DNA from: the human T2T-CHM13v2.0 reference genome, Homo sapiens
NCBI RefSeq assembly: GCF_009914755.1
Contig: NC_060928.1
Strand: one strand, 5' to 3'
Length of the DNA stretch: 64,000 nt
Positions 1-13,819 of this stretch are shown in pieces. Position 1 is the first letter of the stretch; each line of letters starts with the position of its first letter. A program made the position numbers and the translations under genes. The notes beneath the pieces were generated by a model, which made no database searches, was not told the origin of the DNA, and was given only the letters and a program-made list of their open reading frames with translations.

Positions 1-340
1 GCCTGTTTCTGGATAACATTAATATTTGAATTAGAAGACTGAGTAAAGCAAATTTCTGTCTCCCCATGTGAGTATACCTTATCTAAACTTGTCTAACCCA
101 TTGAATGCCTAAATAGAATAAAAGGCTGAGTAAGAAAAAATTTCCCTCTCTGCCTGATTCACCTGGGGTATAGTTATTCTCCTGCCTTTCGACTCTAACT
201 CAGACTGAAACTACCCAGTTAGCTCTCCTGATTCTCAGGCTTTTAGACTTGGACTGGAACTACACCATTTGCTTTTCTGTGTCTCCAGCTTGCTGACTGC
301 AGCTCTTGGAATTCTCAGCCTCTGTCATCACATAAACCAA
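1..340 (+). mobile_element. MLT2-family (ERVL) LTR fragment
   Basis: Motifs 'agactgagtaaag', 'ttctcaggcttttagacttggactg', 'tctccagcttgc' and 'ctcagcctc...cacataaaccaa' resemble the MLT2 consensus. Confidence 0.7.
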
Positions 341-1409
341 GCCATTAACTAAGACATATGAGTTGATGTTAAGCCCCTTATATTCTATCATCTTTGATTT
401 CTTTTGTTTTAGGAAAAATTTTCATAACTTGTACCATGTGCTAGGCACTATAGTGGAGGATGCTGGAATATGACAGGCTTCTCCCCTTAAAGCCCTTGAA
501 GACTAGAAAGGAAGACAGACATAGAAATAGACAATTGCGTACAGTGTAGTGAGGGCCACAGAAAAGGCAAATCTCCTTGGTCTCTGCAGCAGTGTCCATA
601 ACTGGATTCAGCTCCCATTATTAAATTTCTGGTCATGCTTCCTCAGCACAATCCCCCTCCCCCAGGCTTGGCACAGACTTCCAGCCAAGACATCTTTCCT
701 AATGATATTTCTGGGCTCTTACACTGACGCAATGACAGCTGTGAAGAATGCTTCATCCCAGAAAGGTCAGGGAACAGCGTAATCCACAGACTAGCAGCCA
801 CTTTGCACAAAGCCCATTGCCGAAACACAGATTTTAACCTTTTGGATTTCTCTAAAGTTGGCTTCAGTTTCTGCACCCTGCCCAAGGCTGGCAGTGCTGA
901 GGGAAAGGCGAAAATGGGAATTATGATGGGGCGGTCCCAATAACAGACTTCTTATCCTGTCCTGCCAACCTCTGCAAATGTTGCACTGGGTGCTTTGGAC
1001 CTGTGTTTATTGGACAACGAATGTCTGATTAAAAGTGGCAATGCTGCAGCTCACACTACAACAAATGCATAAAAGTGAAGCATGGATATGCTAACCAGTG
1101 TCTTCCTTCATGCTGTGGGAACAGACAAAAGGATTCAGCTAGGGACCTAACCTGTCTAGGCAGACAAATCACTTTTCTTTTGGCTCTTCCACAAGTGAGT
1201 GTTAAATGACTGCTCTGAGGCAGACACTTCAATGGGCACTGAGCATGTGAAGGTAATGAGACTAAATCCACTTTCCTGGGGCTCCCATAGTCTGCTGAAG
1301 AAGTTGGATGCAACATCAGGTTGCAGGGCACCATGGCGTTCCTCTGTGAACAGCCTCTTAGGAAGGGACTGGGTCAAATGGTTTAGAGAAGAAGGTTTAG
1401 GTTTAGGTA

Positions 1410-1570
1410 TATCCACATTTGAATTCCAATTTCAACACGTACTAGCTTCTCAGTGTAGACAGTGATTTCACCTCACTGAGCTTTAATCCTTCATCTGACA
1501 ATGGGACAGCAGTGTGTTTACACAGTATGGTTATGGGATGATCTGTGGAAAGAGCTGGCACATGGTGTAT
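1410..1570 (+). mobile_element. MIR fragment
   Basis: Degenerate MIR core 'tttcacctcactgagctttaatccttcatctgacaatggg'. Confidence 0.5.
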
Positions 1571-1727
1571 CCAAGAGGAGGGGCATGTTGCTATCTCCAT
1601 TTTGTACCTCCACCCTCCCTGCCCAAGGGTCCTGAGCTGCCCTCTCTGTGCCGCTCCTCTGCATCATAGCCACATCTGAGACTCTGTTTTGCCCTCAGCA
1701 TTTCAGATTGTGACTGTCAACAGAAAT

Positions 1728-1850
1728 TAAGTCATTTAACCCTCTAAGTCTCAGTTTCTCATCGGCAAAATGGAAATAAATAATCGTATTGAATTGCTAT
1801 GAATGCTTAATAAGGCAATGGTTGAGAGAGTACTTTGTAAACTATGAAGC
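1728..1850 (+). mobile_element. MIR fragment
   Basis: 'aagtcatttaaccctctaagtctcagtttctcatcggcaaaatgg' matches the MIR core. Confidence 0.6.
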
Positions 1851-2061
1851 CCCCTAAATAGTTGTTCATTACCTATGTGAAGAGGCCCTCAGGAGGGAAG
1901 TAAAAGTGCTGAGGGAATTTTCCTGGGTTATAGGTGCAGCTGCTCCCTCTGGTCTGAGTTTTGTATTTTAGGGTTATATTGCATATGTTTTGTTTTAAAA
2001 GATGTATTATTTTTTCATAATATGAAAGCAATGCATCCTTATAGTATTGCATTTAAAAACA

Positions 2062-2530
2062 GTTTATTGCAGCACTACTCACAATAGCAAAGATATGGAA
2101 TCAACCTAAATGCCCATCAAGGATAGACTGGATAAAGGAAATATGGTACATATACACCGTAGAATGCTATGCAACCATAAGAAAGAATGAGATCATGTCC
2201 TTTACAGGGTCATAGATGGAGCTGGAGGCCATTATCCTTAGCAAACTAACATAGGAACAGAAAACCAAATACCACATGTTCTCATTTATAAGTGGGAGCT
2301 AAATGATGAGAACACATGGACACATAGAGGGGAACAACCCACACTGAGGCCTATTGAAGGGTGGAGGCTGGGAAGAGGGAGAGGATCAGGAAAAATAACT
2401 AATGGGTACTAGGCTTAATACCTGGGTGATAAAATAATCTGTACAACAAACCCCGTGAACCAAGTTCACCTATGTAACAAACCTGCACATGTATCCCTGA
2501 ACTTAAAAGTTAAAAAGAGAAAAAAAGAAA
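2062..2530 (+). mobile_element. 5'-truncated L1PA15/16-like 3' end
   Basis: ORF2 C-terminal sequence, then 3'UTR 'ggagaggatcaggaaaaataactaatgggtactaggcttaatacctggg', then an A-rich tail. Confidence 0.88.
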
Positions 2531-3056
2531 AGTTAAGAAAACCAAAGCCTTCTTTTATTCCACTCTACTCATCACATCCTGATAACAGCTTTGTGTATTT
2601 CTTTCCATAAGCACTGTATGTTTGGGTTTGATCTGTCTTGGTTATCAGGTTGAATAGTGCTCTATTGGCCTGATTTAGAAAGCCCTGAAACCAGATGAGA
2701 GAGAACAGGAGAGAGAAGAGTGAAGTCAATGAAAGGAAGTGGGTAAACAGACAGCTCCTGGTCTTCAGTAAAGTGTAACTAATACTTATGTTTGGGATGT
2801 TTGAGCCCTTAATCTGAATATTAAAGGAGAAAGCACCAAGGAGGTGAGTGGTATGTCCTCCCTCCTGATAAAGAAGGTCCCTCGTCTACATGTTGCATCA
2901 TCTGTTGTTATCTGGGCTCTGGGATGACACAGCTCGTCTCAGCATCAAAAAGTTGAAATGGTGCCTTTAGATTCTTTGTGCATGTCCTGCTTCTATAGTG
3001 GAGCAGACACTATTCTGCATTTCTGTGTCTTTCTGCAGGAAATGCTTCTTCACAAG

Positions 3057-3083
3057 CACACACACACACACACCACACACACA
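3057..3083. repeat. Imperfect (CA)n microsatellite
   Basis: Seen directly. Confidence 0.85.
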
Positions 3084-4417
3084 TGTTTATTCCTGAAAAT
3101 AAAATAGATAATCCATGGCCTGAAGGAGCAATGTGGATCTTTGCACCAACGTCCACACTGTCCCACCCCACCCTGTTTCCCTACTCAGGAAGCCCACCCT
3201 GCTCTTGAGATATAAATAACCGACTACCCAAACAGTGAGAGAAGAAAGAGAAGATGGTGATTCTAGAGAAAATTCAAAATGGCACTTGCATCAAGCAGCA
3301 AGAAAAATAGTCACAGGAGTCACAGAAGAAACCATGCTGTTTCCTGCTAAGAGTGCTGAGGGTATGGAGAGTAAATCGGCAACTGTTGATGGAGTAATAA
3401 TGGCAGCATCTTCTAGGAACAGGTGGTGGCTCACAGTCGCCATGGAGGGGCCCCTGAAACCACCCCCAACCAACACACATACACATACGTGAGCTTCTAC
3501 TTTCCATCTTCTCTTCAGAGTGAGAGATTAGGATGCTGCACATAATCCACAAAGGAATGAGCTGCATGTGGTGTTGACCTTGACATGTTAGTCACCCGTT
3601 GTCTCTGTTAATTCAATCTTTCTCTGTACCTGTATTGTCCTGTTTCTATCTGTTCCTGTTACCCCAGTGTGAGAGAGGAGGGATGAGCAGGTATGTTCTG
3701 TGCAACACATATTCCTGATATAGTAATATCAGATAATATGAGAGTTTCTGAAGCTACTTGCCTTGGAAGCGATCAGCAGGCAAGCCCAAAGAAGTAGTTC
3801 CATCTATTGCAAGCAAGGCTGGGATTCCCTGGACTACAGCAGATGACCACACTTTTGATTGTTATCTTTAAAAAACAATAACAACCACAGTTTGGAATTC
3901 TTCTCTCTTTGGAAGGCTAACTTCTTATAGTATGAGGAATAACCACTGCAGGGTATGACTAGGCATAGATTCTGGGCTAATGCTGCTACTGAGTTAAATG
4001 TGGAAACAAGTGACCCATTCGTATATCAAGACATTCAGGAAAGCAAGTGAGTTATGGAAAATATTTGTCTTTGAGTGAATGGGTTTAATATGCATATTTC
4101 TAAAGTCCCCCAAATCCACCCCCAACTTGCCTCCTCATGAGTGTTCAGGAATGACCCCTCACAGTGTTCAGTGTTGGGCCCAGCATCATCTTACCACCCT
4201 ACAGCGTCTACTGCTGATGTCCATTGTGGGACTCTATCCTGCTGAACACAGCTATTCTGCCCTGGTGATCACTGTTTTATCTCTACCCAGCCCTGGGGAA
4301 GAGGGTGAGAGCTCTAATATGTCCACTCATAAAAATATACAGAAGGGACTTCATCTTCCTGGGTCTTTGCCTTCGCATCCTCCACGCCGCTAAAATACAG
4401 AAAATACCAATGAGTGG

Positions 4418-4568
4418 CATTTATTGAACATTCATTCTGTACAGGCTCTTTCCCAAGCATTTGCAAGTATTAACTCATTTAATCCTTTTCTTAGAGTTGT
4501 GGTAAAGATTAAGTGAATCAATACATGTAAGTGCTTAGGACATTGCACAGAATACAGTAAATGCTCGT
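4418..4568. mobile_element. Two MIR 3'-end fragments in inverted orientation
   Basis: About 4418-4487 matches MIR minus ('tattaactcatttaatcct'). About 4493-4568 matches MIR plus ('gattaagtgaatcaatacatgtaagtgcttag'). Confidence 0.7.
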
Positions 4569-4617
4569 TTTCTGCTATGACTGCTACTCTAACTACTATA
4601 ACTTCTTTTGTGGTTTT

Positions 4618-4999
4618 TGTATTAGCTTACTAGAGATGGCATAACAAAGTACCACAGATGGGGTAGCTTAAAAAACACATGTTCATTTTCTCACAGTTCT
4701 GGAGGCTGAAAGGTCCTGGATAGGGATGTTGGTAGGGTTGATTTCTTCTAAGGCCTCTCTGCTTGTAGATGGCTACCCTCTCCTTCCTGTGTCTTTACAG
4801 GATCTTCCCTCTGTCTGTGCCCAAATTATATCTTCTTATAAGAACACCAGTCATATGGTGTTAGGGCCCCCCCAATGACCTCATATTAATTTAATTACCT
4901 CTTTAAAGGCACCATTTCCAAATATGGTAACATTCTGAGGTGATGGAATTTAGGGCTTCAACACAGCAATTTTGTAAGGACACAATTCAGCTCTTAACA
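4618..4999 (-). mobile_element. MLT1B/C-like MaLR solo LTR
   Basis: TG...CA ends and motifs 'cataacaaagtaccacaga', 'ctcacagttctggaggctg', 'gacacaattcag'. Confidence 0.8.
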
Positions 5000-5031
5000 G
5001 ATGCAGTATATGCCTTTGCCATAAGTTCCTA

Positions 5032-5469
<438 letters not shown>

Positions 5470-7499
5470 TTAAAAACCATGTAGCTATGTTTAACATCCC
5501 CAGACCACCTTGAGGAGGTCCCTAAAGACTGACTCCATTTCATCCCTGCAGCCTATTACCTTCTTATCTTTTGTCTTCTAGTTAGTTGGTACTAATATAC
5601 GTCCATGAGGCTGCAGAGAAAAAGAAAAAATACTGTTTTCTCATAGTATCTTATAGTCATCTTCCCCAGTTGTGATTCTTCAGCTCAGACAATACAACTT
5701 CCCAGAATGATGAAGAGGATGAGTGTCCATTTCCTTCATGAAAAATCCATCTGGATTTTATTCTTTGGCCCCAACAATGCTATCCTAGTAAAACTTAGAT
5801 CATTCTGAATTATTCTTTAATTCAACATAACTATCAATGTGAAACATACTTCTACATGTAGTTCATATTCCATTCCTATCTTTGGAAAATTGTTTTATAT
5901 TACTATTTTTTATTTTCTGCATCTGAGTTCTTTTTCTTCAAACCTGTTTTCCTGTTCCTAAAAATGTTTTCAGTCATGCTATTTAACTTTTTTTAGTATT
6001 GCTCTTGTTGCTTCAAATGTGGCTGACATTTTTTGCAGCAGTTTTATATTTCTCATTCACTTTTAAATATCTATTCTCTCTCACTCTTTAACCTCCTTCT
6101 ATTGCACTGTCAGTTTCTTTTTCCTTAAATCTCTAAGATGTATTCTTTGGGATATTCTTTTTTAAGGAAACTGTTTTCAAATGATTCTGGTGACTGATTC
6201 TTTGCTGTTTTCTGGAGTAATTCTGAGAAGTTTCAGATGTATTATTTTGCTTACATTCCTTTCATCAATATTATTATTATTTTAATTTCATATTTGATAC
6301 ATACGCTCTTAGCCACTTATTTTCTATTACATGTGTTTGAAACGTGTAGAGATCAGTTTCTTCTGAGCCAGTTATTTGCTCTCAGCAAGTGGGAAAGCTG
6401 GCAGAAGGCAAAGGGCTGAGAAAGTCAACAGCTTACATTTTGATTAATGGTCTCAGCCATTATTCAAACAATGCCCTTTGGCCTGAGGGCATGTGTTTCC
6501 CCAGTTTGAACATTCAAAAGTTTTTAGAGCTCACGGTGAAGTTCTGGAAGTCACAGTTTTTCTCTGTTATCTGATTTTCTACCCTCTTCCAGATTGTCTC
6601 TAGGTGGCTACTTCAACAATACTATTGCTAATGAAGTTGGCGTGTTTTCTGGCTTCCTTCTGCTTCATTTCCCAAGCTTCTCTGTGGTCTCTTCTATCCA
6701 TTCAGCCTTCTTATACATCTTCATCTTGTATGCTAATGAAAAGATAATTGGAGGGGTCTTTCCACACTATGGCATTTATTTCAGAGAAATTTACCCCTAC
6801 CCATATGCTTGAAAAGTCTCCCATTGTCCCCCATTTTCACATGCTTTCTGTCAGGTATCATTTATAGTTTGTTATCTGTAGCTGTGGTTAGTGTATTGTG
6901 CTATTAAACAGGAGATGATATTCTCATTTTTTATTTTTTTAAATTATTTTGTCGAGTGTCAAGGGAGGAAAGTGGCCACAGATGTCTTTAATTCACCGTA
7001 TTTAATTAGCCCAACCAGTCATTCTTACACATAATTCCTTTGTTTTAAAATAACATGACTCTCAAATAAGTTTATTTCTATTGAGGTGTTTATGTAATGC
7101 CACATTTCTTCCCATCAAGGCACTTAGTCTATTCAAAATGAATGGCTTCATAAATGATAATACTAGACATGAAAAATCAATGGCCATGTCTATTTAGAGG
7201 AACATGAAGAGAAGGTGCTATTTTTTCCTCAGTCTTTCATGGTATAATGAAAACTATAAGCTTAAAGAAAGCAGGAGCTTTCTTTTTTTTATTTGCCATA
7301 AAACCAGTCCTTAAGTTAATGCATGGGACATAGTAAGTTCTTAATAAATTTATGTTGAATTTGTGAATTACATCCATGCCTATAGGTCTTTACTGACATC
7401 TTAGCTCTACATTGACTGCAAACAACTTCTCAAAGAAAAAACAACAAATACAGTACTACAATGTACAAGAGAAATTATAAGATTAGATTAATCTAAAAT

Positions 7500-7516
7500 C
7501 ACACACACACACACAC

Positions 7517-7552
<36 letters not shown>
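7500..7552. repeat. (AC)10 GC (AC)15 microsatellite
   Basis: Seen directly. Confidence 0.97.
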
Positions 7553-7555
<3 letters not shown>

Positions 7556-7778
7556 TAAGCTTTTGGTCCAAAGAAGCAACTTGGTTTCCGAAGTCTGAGT
7601 TCTGCAAAACAAAGAAATAGTTTGGTCCAAGGTTCAACTTAATTTATGTCCAATCAGAGAACAGATAGTGCTTACCACTTTTAGGTAATACATTTTTTCA
7701 GCTTTTATTTCCATTAATATTAAAGAAAAAACTTGCAGAATACGTATCTTATCACAAGCATTTTTAAAGCAAATAACT

Positions 7779-8098
<320 letters not shown>

Positions 8099-8109
8099 TC
8101 AACATAGGT

Positions 8110-8700
8110 TCTGATGATTGGGGGAATAGTAAATAAACCATGTATGCTATGAACCATGGAATACTGTATAGCACTTAGAAGCAACATGCTGGAGATGTTC
8201 ATAGCAACATGACTACATTTTCAAAACGTAGTGCCCGGTAAGAAAATGGAAAAAAGAGCCGGATCCGGTGGCTCACGCCTGTAATCCCAGCCCTTTGGGA
8301 GGCTGAGGTGGGAGGATCACCTGGGGTCAGGAGTTTGAGACCAGCCTGGCCAACATGATGAGACCCTGTCTCTACTAAAAATGCAGAAGTTAGCTGGGCA
8401 TGGTGGCACACACCTGTAGTCGCAGTTACTTGGGAGGCTGAGGCAGGATAATTGCTTGAACCCAGGAGACAAAGGTTGCAGTAAGCCAAGATCACACCAT
8501 TGCACTTCAGCCTGGGCGACAGAGCGAGACTCTGTCAAAAAAAAAAAAAAAAAAGGAAAAGAAAATGGAAAAAAGAACAAAATAAGATCTATAGCTCACT
8601 ATCATATAATGTAAGTAAAATGTTAAACATATAGAACAACAACAATATCCACCACAATCTGTAAGAACCCATACACATGAAAGGACAGAAGTAAAATAAG
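8110..8700 (+). mobile_element. Ancient L1M(E) 3' region interrupted by an Alu
   Basis: 'catggaatactgtatagcacttagaag...atagcaacatg' resembles the L1ME ORF2 end and 3'UTR, and the match continues across the Alu. Confidence 0.5.
8257..8558 (+). mobile_element. AluSx/Sz-like
   Basis: Full Alu with TSD 'aagaaaatggaaaaaag' at 8240-8256 and 8559-8575. Confidence 0.95.
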
Positions 8701-8750
8701 ACTAGAATGGTTGGTTTTGTAAAAGGAGGAGATAAGAATGGACAATGATG

Positions 8751-9045
8751 CTCAGCAAACTAACACAGGAACAGAAAACCAAACACTACATGTTCTCACT
8801 CATAAGTGGGAGTTGAACAATAAGAACACACGGACACAGGGAGGGAAACATCACACACTGGGGCCTGTTAGGGTGTGGGGGGGCAAGGGGAGGGAGAGCA
8901 ATAGGACAAATACCTAATGAATGTGGGGCTTAAAACCTAGATGACGGGTTGATGGGTGCAGCAAACCACCATGGCACATGTATACCTATGTAACCAATCT
9001 GCACTTTCTGCACATGTATCCCAGAACCTAAAGTAAAAAAAAAAA
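8751..9045 (+). mobile_element. 5'-truncated L1PA8/10-like 3' end
   Basis: Contains 'ggggcttaaaacctagatgacgggttgatgggtgcagcaaaccacc' and poly(A). TSD aatggacaatgat (8737-8749) / aatggagaatgat (9046-9058). Confidence 0.9.
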
Positions 9046-9779
9046 AATGGAGAATGATAAAATGTAATAAATAAATAAATACAGCCAGATTGTATTTATC
9101 AATGGAATCAACAATAATCTGAGGAGTATGACAGATTCAACGTAATGCAATGTGAGGTTAAAAAATACATAAATTAATAGGATGCAGGAAGGTATATTAT
9201 GAAAACTAACAGGATCAGAGGCTGCAAAGAAAGGACCTACAATATTTCATAGGAAATGTGATACAGAGGATGATGGAGAATGAAGGGTAAAAATAACCTC
9301 AACAATTACACCTGCAGAGGTGTATAAAAAGAAAAACAACTTCCAAGTTATTCTTTTATTCACCAAGTGTTGTTATACATTAGAAAGAACTACATGGATG
9401 TCTATATTGTTCTAAACAAATCTGAAATACTAGGTTTGTAAACTGTGACCTGTGTGGGCAGAAGTACAAATACAGTAACGTAGGGGAGTAGATATCAGGA
9501 GTATCAGCTTTATCTCTCGGGACGCTAAGGCAAGACTGCAGCCTTGAGGGAGAGGAGGAAAAGCAGAGAAAGCTATCCAGAGCAGGGGTATCTAGGGACC
9601 CAGTCACAGATAATAAAGTGAAAGATAAGGAAGGGCTTACCATGGGAGCCAGGTAGTGGGGTTGCGGTTTCACAATATTCATAGACCCAAAGACAGGCAG
9701 GAAGTGGGGTCTTTGTTTCTTTTCCACATTTCTTTCTAGGGATAAAAATTCTATTGAATGTAGTAAAATATTATTTTTT

Positions 9780-10335
9780 GTTTAAATATTTATTATGAGA
9801 GTAATATTTGTTTATTACGTGACATTTTAAAAGTAAAGAAATGCAGAGAGAAGAAAAAAACTGTTCATAATCCAATGAACTACCATTATCATTTCAATAT
9901 GTATTTTTTTTTCTGGTCTTTTCCAGGTATAAAGCTACTTTACAAAGTTATAAAATATGCTTGCATGCTATTTTTTTCTGATTTAACATGATAATTTCAG
10001 CATTTTGTCAAATAACAATACACTTTTCACAAACATCTATTTTACAATCTAAATAACATTGCATTGAAGTACATAAACAAAATTTACATAACTCTTCTCA
10101 TTTTATTGTCTTAGGATATTTTTTCTCATAATATAAACTAATGACTATTCTCTGTACTTAGAGATTTATTTTTTCCATATTTCATAATATTTCCTTAGGA
10201 GAGATTTCCAGAAGTAAAATTGTTAAGAACAAAGATGATAAACATTTTAAGGATATTGACATATGTAGTAAAGTTACTTCTAAGAAAGGCTGGGCCAGTG
10301 TATACCATCACCAGCAGAGGATGTAGGTGCCTGAG
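9780..10335 (-). mobile_element. Ancient L1ME 3' fragment
   Basis: 'tttccttaggagagatttccagaagtaaaattg' and 'caccagcag' are typical of antisense L1ME. Confidence 0.6.
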
Positions 10336-11489
10336 GACACGTTTGAGCAGTTGCTATATTAGGTCAGAAATTCCCAAACTTTTTTGTTTGTAAAAAATCA
10401 TATGAGCAGCTTGTTAAACCCCAGGTTTCAGACACAACTCATATACAACCTGATTCAGTATATCTCATGTTTGCAGCTTTAACAAGTAACCCAATGTGAC
10501 TAACATAAGAATTACAAAGAATACATGTTAAAAATTCCATTTTGAGATATTACTGGGGAGCCTTTTATGTAGGATTTGTTTCTATAGCTAATGAGATGTT
10601 ATGAATCCAGAAATCCCCTGTTTTCAATAAAACATGTAAACTTTAAGATTCAGATCACTCTACCTTGTGTTTTACCCTGAACCTGCACGGTTAATTTTTC
10701 CTGGATGAGCCCAAATCACATAGCTCTTAATTAAATGCTGATTTCATGAACATAATGTAGAATTTTAAAAAATTGTTACATTACTAGCTAAGCAAAAATG
10801 CTAGTGAAAGTTTGCCAAGGGCCAACATTTTTTGGTAGGAGAAAAAATATCCATAGAAGAAAAAGAAATGACACTTGAAGCATCTGGGACTTCAACATGT
10901 TCTGCATCTTGGAGCCACTTCTCTCCAAATATGTCTCCCTGTCTCCTCTCCTGGCCCTATTTAATAACAATACACAGGGGTTCCAGGAGTGACTAGGGTA
11001 CCTGTGTCTAGTGACCTATGTGAGTCTTCCTCCTGTACAGCAGAACAGTTTATTTTCTTCCATTTTCTTAGCAAAGTCGCCCACTTAGGGTCCTTACCAG
11101 TTGCTAGTGGTTGGGAGCTGTCTATGGTCCTGTCTGGATTGAAGCTGGCATACAGAGAAGAAGAAGCAGGATTAGGAAATGGAGAAGCAGCTCTAAAGGT
11201 ATTTAAGTCCTTTGTTCTGGATTTTTCTTATATCCATCTGTTTTCTTGTCTTTCCATCAGCTTAGAGCTATTCTATGGGTTACCCTAATATCAATAAATA
11301 ATTTCTTTTTAATTTATAAGCTTATTAGAGTTGGGTTTTTATGACTTGCAGGTGGGATACTTTTAATTCACTCATCAACACAGTCACACTTGCTTCCAGA
11401 GCCTGTTGGCCACACTACTGGGCTTTATGGAAAATGAGAGTAGAGGGTGTTTGGGGTGAAAGTGGGTGTTTGCTGTTGTTAGTAAGCCC

Positions 11490-11720
11490 TGTGACAGAGT
11501 GGAAAGTGCTAAGTTTTTTTTGAGTCATACAGGTAGGGATTAAATCCTAATTCTCCTACCTCATAGTTGTATGGACTTCAGTGAGTTGTTAACTTCTCTA
11601 AGCCTCCATTTCCTTCCTATATAAAATTGGGATATTTTATCTTACATGACTTTACAGTTTTAGTGAGATTTTATGTACAAGTGCCGACGATGGAGCCCTT
11701 GGTATAGCAGGTGCTTCATA
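11490..11720 (+). mobile_element. MIR
   Basis: 'ttaacttctctaagcctccatttccttc...aaaattggg' matches the MIR core. Confidence 0.7.
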
Positions 11721-12676
11721 TGACCCACTCTGAGTTGTAGCTCTAGCATCTTTCTTCAAATGATGACTTTGAAGTCTGTATTTCTTCTGCTTCTATAAAG
11801 TTTGCCTTACCTAGCACCTCTGAAACCAAACATTCTTTATTTCTTCCTTTCATAACCAAAACTAGATTTATTGAAGTGAAGGCAGGAATAATCAAGTTTT
11901 TAAATTGGCTTTGGAAAATTTGTTATCTAATAATCATTTTCCTAGGGTGTGATTCTCTCTGAATAGTCAAGTTCACTTATGGAATAGAATGATTATGGGT
12001 AATCCCATGAGAAAAAAAATCTCTTGTTTTCTACCACATTTTAATTCTACACACTTTTCTGTGCATTATCTCATTCAAGCTTCATAACATCCCTCCAAGA
12101 TAGTTAATGAGAATATTATCATACTAATAAATAGAAGTCAAAACTGAGGCTCTCCCACTCGTTAATTTTCTCAGAATTAATATTGCTTTGTTGGGCCAGG
12201 CACTATCTTAGGTATTGGGGATCGACGAAAAGAATACTAAGTTGTGGTCTCAGCCTTCCAAAACCAGGGTGGAGGAGAGAAAAATAAATAGAAAGTATAG
12301 CTTGCAGTTATGGGGGAGTTAGGGGCCCACCCGGGGTTCACATTACCAAGAGCTCACACTGCAGAAGAGCAAGGAAGCCAGATTTGAAATAAATGATGTT
12401 GCTTCAGGATCAGAACTAAAGCTAAAGATGAAAAGTGATGGCTCTTTCTGATATTTAATATTTGTTGTGCCATGGGAGACAGATTTGATACTGTGTGTTC
12501 TGGTTAATCTAATATTCCACGTAATTGTGAATTCTGCAGACTATATGATAATTAAAGTTTTGAAAAAATCAAATAGAAAAAAATGTAACAAACCACTTTT
12601 GGTTCTGGCCTTTAGAGATGTTTTTCCGAACATCAATTTGCATCATAATGTAAACTAGAAAGTCAGTAAGGTCTAG

Positions 12677-12906
12677 GGTGGTAATTAAAAGTAAGGGCTG
12701 TGAGATCACGCTGCCTGTATTAAAATCCTGGCTCTGTCCCATGCTGGGAAAAACTACTTAACAACTCTGTGCCTTGGTTTTCTCATTTTAAATGGAGATA
12801 GTGATGATATCTACTTCATAGAGTTTTTGTGAGCATAAAGGAGGTACTTAATCCACAGCCTTTGGCATAGTGCCTGGAACATGGAAGACACTCAATAATG
12901 TGTTAG
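12677..12906 (+). mobile_element. MIR
   Basis: 'aaatcctggctctg...acttaacaactctgtgccttggttttctcat...tagtgcctgg...ctcaataa'. Confidence 0.75.
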
Positions 12907-13758
12907 TGCTTGAAGAAGTGGTGGTTCATGATGGAAAAAAGGGTTCGTAGGGCCCAGCACAAAGTGATCTTAGTTCTGATTGTGCTTCTCTGGAACCTTC
13001 CTCAGTCCTATTATTCCAACAGTTAGGAAGATCCCTAAAGCCTGGGTTACTGCACTGGTAGTACAGGCAGAAAACAGTAAGATGACAAGGGTGTAGCAAT
13101 TCCTCCCATTCCCACCATCTTCCTTACGAAATAAGGCTCTCTGGCTGTAAGAGCAGTTAGCCTACCTAATCCTGCAAGTGGGAGCTTCACAGCCTAGCAC
13201 AGTGTCCCAGATGTGGTTCCAGAGGGTTTCATTACATCCTTATCTCCTTAGGAATAGATAACCAAGCAGCCCATCGAAAAAATTTTGGAAAACCTTAGTC
13301 ATTTTAAGGAGTAACTTAAGAGCCAATTCATTCACATTAATAGCTCATAGTTATTAATTAGTAGGACCAATTAGTAGGCAAATTTAATGACCCAAGATGG
13401 AAGAAGTTAAAATTCAGCTTTTTGAGTTAGGTATTGCTTAAATGACTTACGTCTATTACACAAAGAAAAAGAGTCTTAACCCCTTGAAAAAATTAATTGT
13501 GCACTACTAATCTCCTTTATCCATATCAATTTCCTAATTTAATGCTGTTTACATTATTGAACACTTCATGAAGGCTAGCAGTGCAAAGTCTACTCATAGA
13601 AAGCTTTCCCACCATGATGCTTATCTCAGAGTACTCAAGACCACATAAATCTGCTTGAGCCTTAATTATGAAGCCAATGGCAATTAGAGATACTTCAGAA
13701 TGTTATTTTTTTTGGGTTCAATTTATTTATCTTTCATAGGGACAAAAATAAATGTTAC

Positions 13759-13819
13759 TTTTTTTTTCAGATGGAGCCTCATTCTGTTGCCAGGCTGGAG
13801 TGCGGTGGCACAATCTTGG
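13759..13819 (-). mobile_element. Short (~60 bp) Alu 3'-end fragment within a MIR relic
   Basis: Poly(T) followed by 'agatggagcctcattctgttgccaggctggagtgcggtggcacaatcttgg', then MIR 'gttaagtcac...'. Confidence 0.8.

Noticed and set aside
5880-6900. T-rich stretch as a possible ancient antisense L1M relic
   Set aside because: Composition suggests it, but I could not anchor diagnostic motifs.
7561-7632. Repeated 'tttggtccaa' about 60 bp apart (CRISPR-like spacing)
   Set aside because: There are only two 10-bp copies, with no array and no cas genes, and the DNA is eukaryotic.
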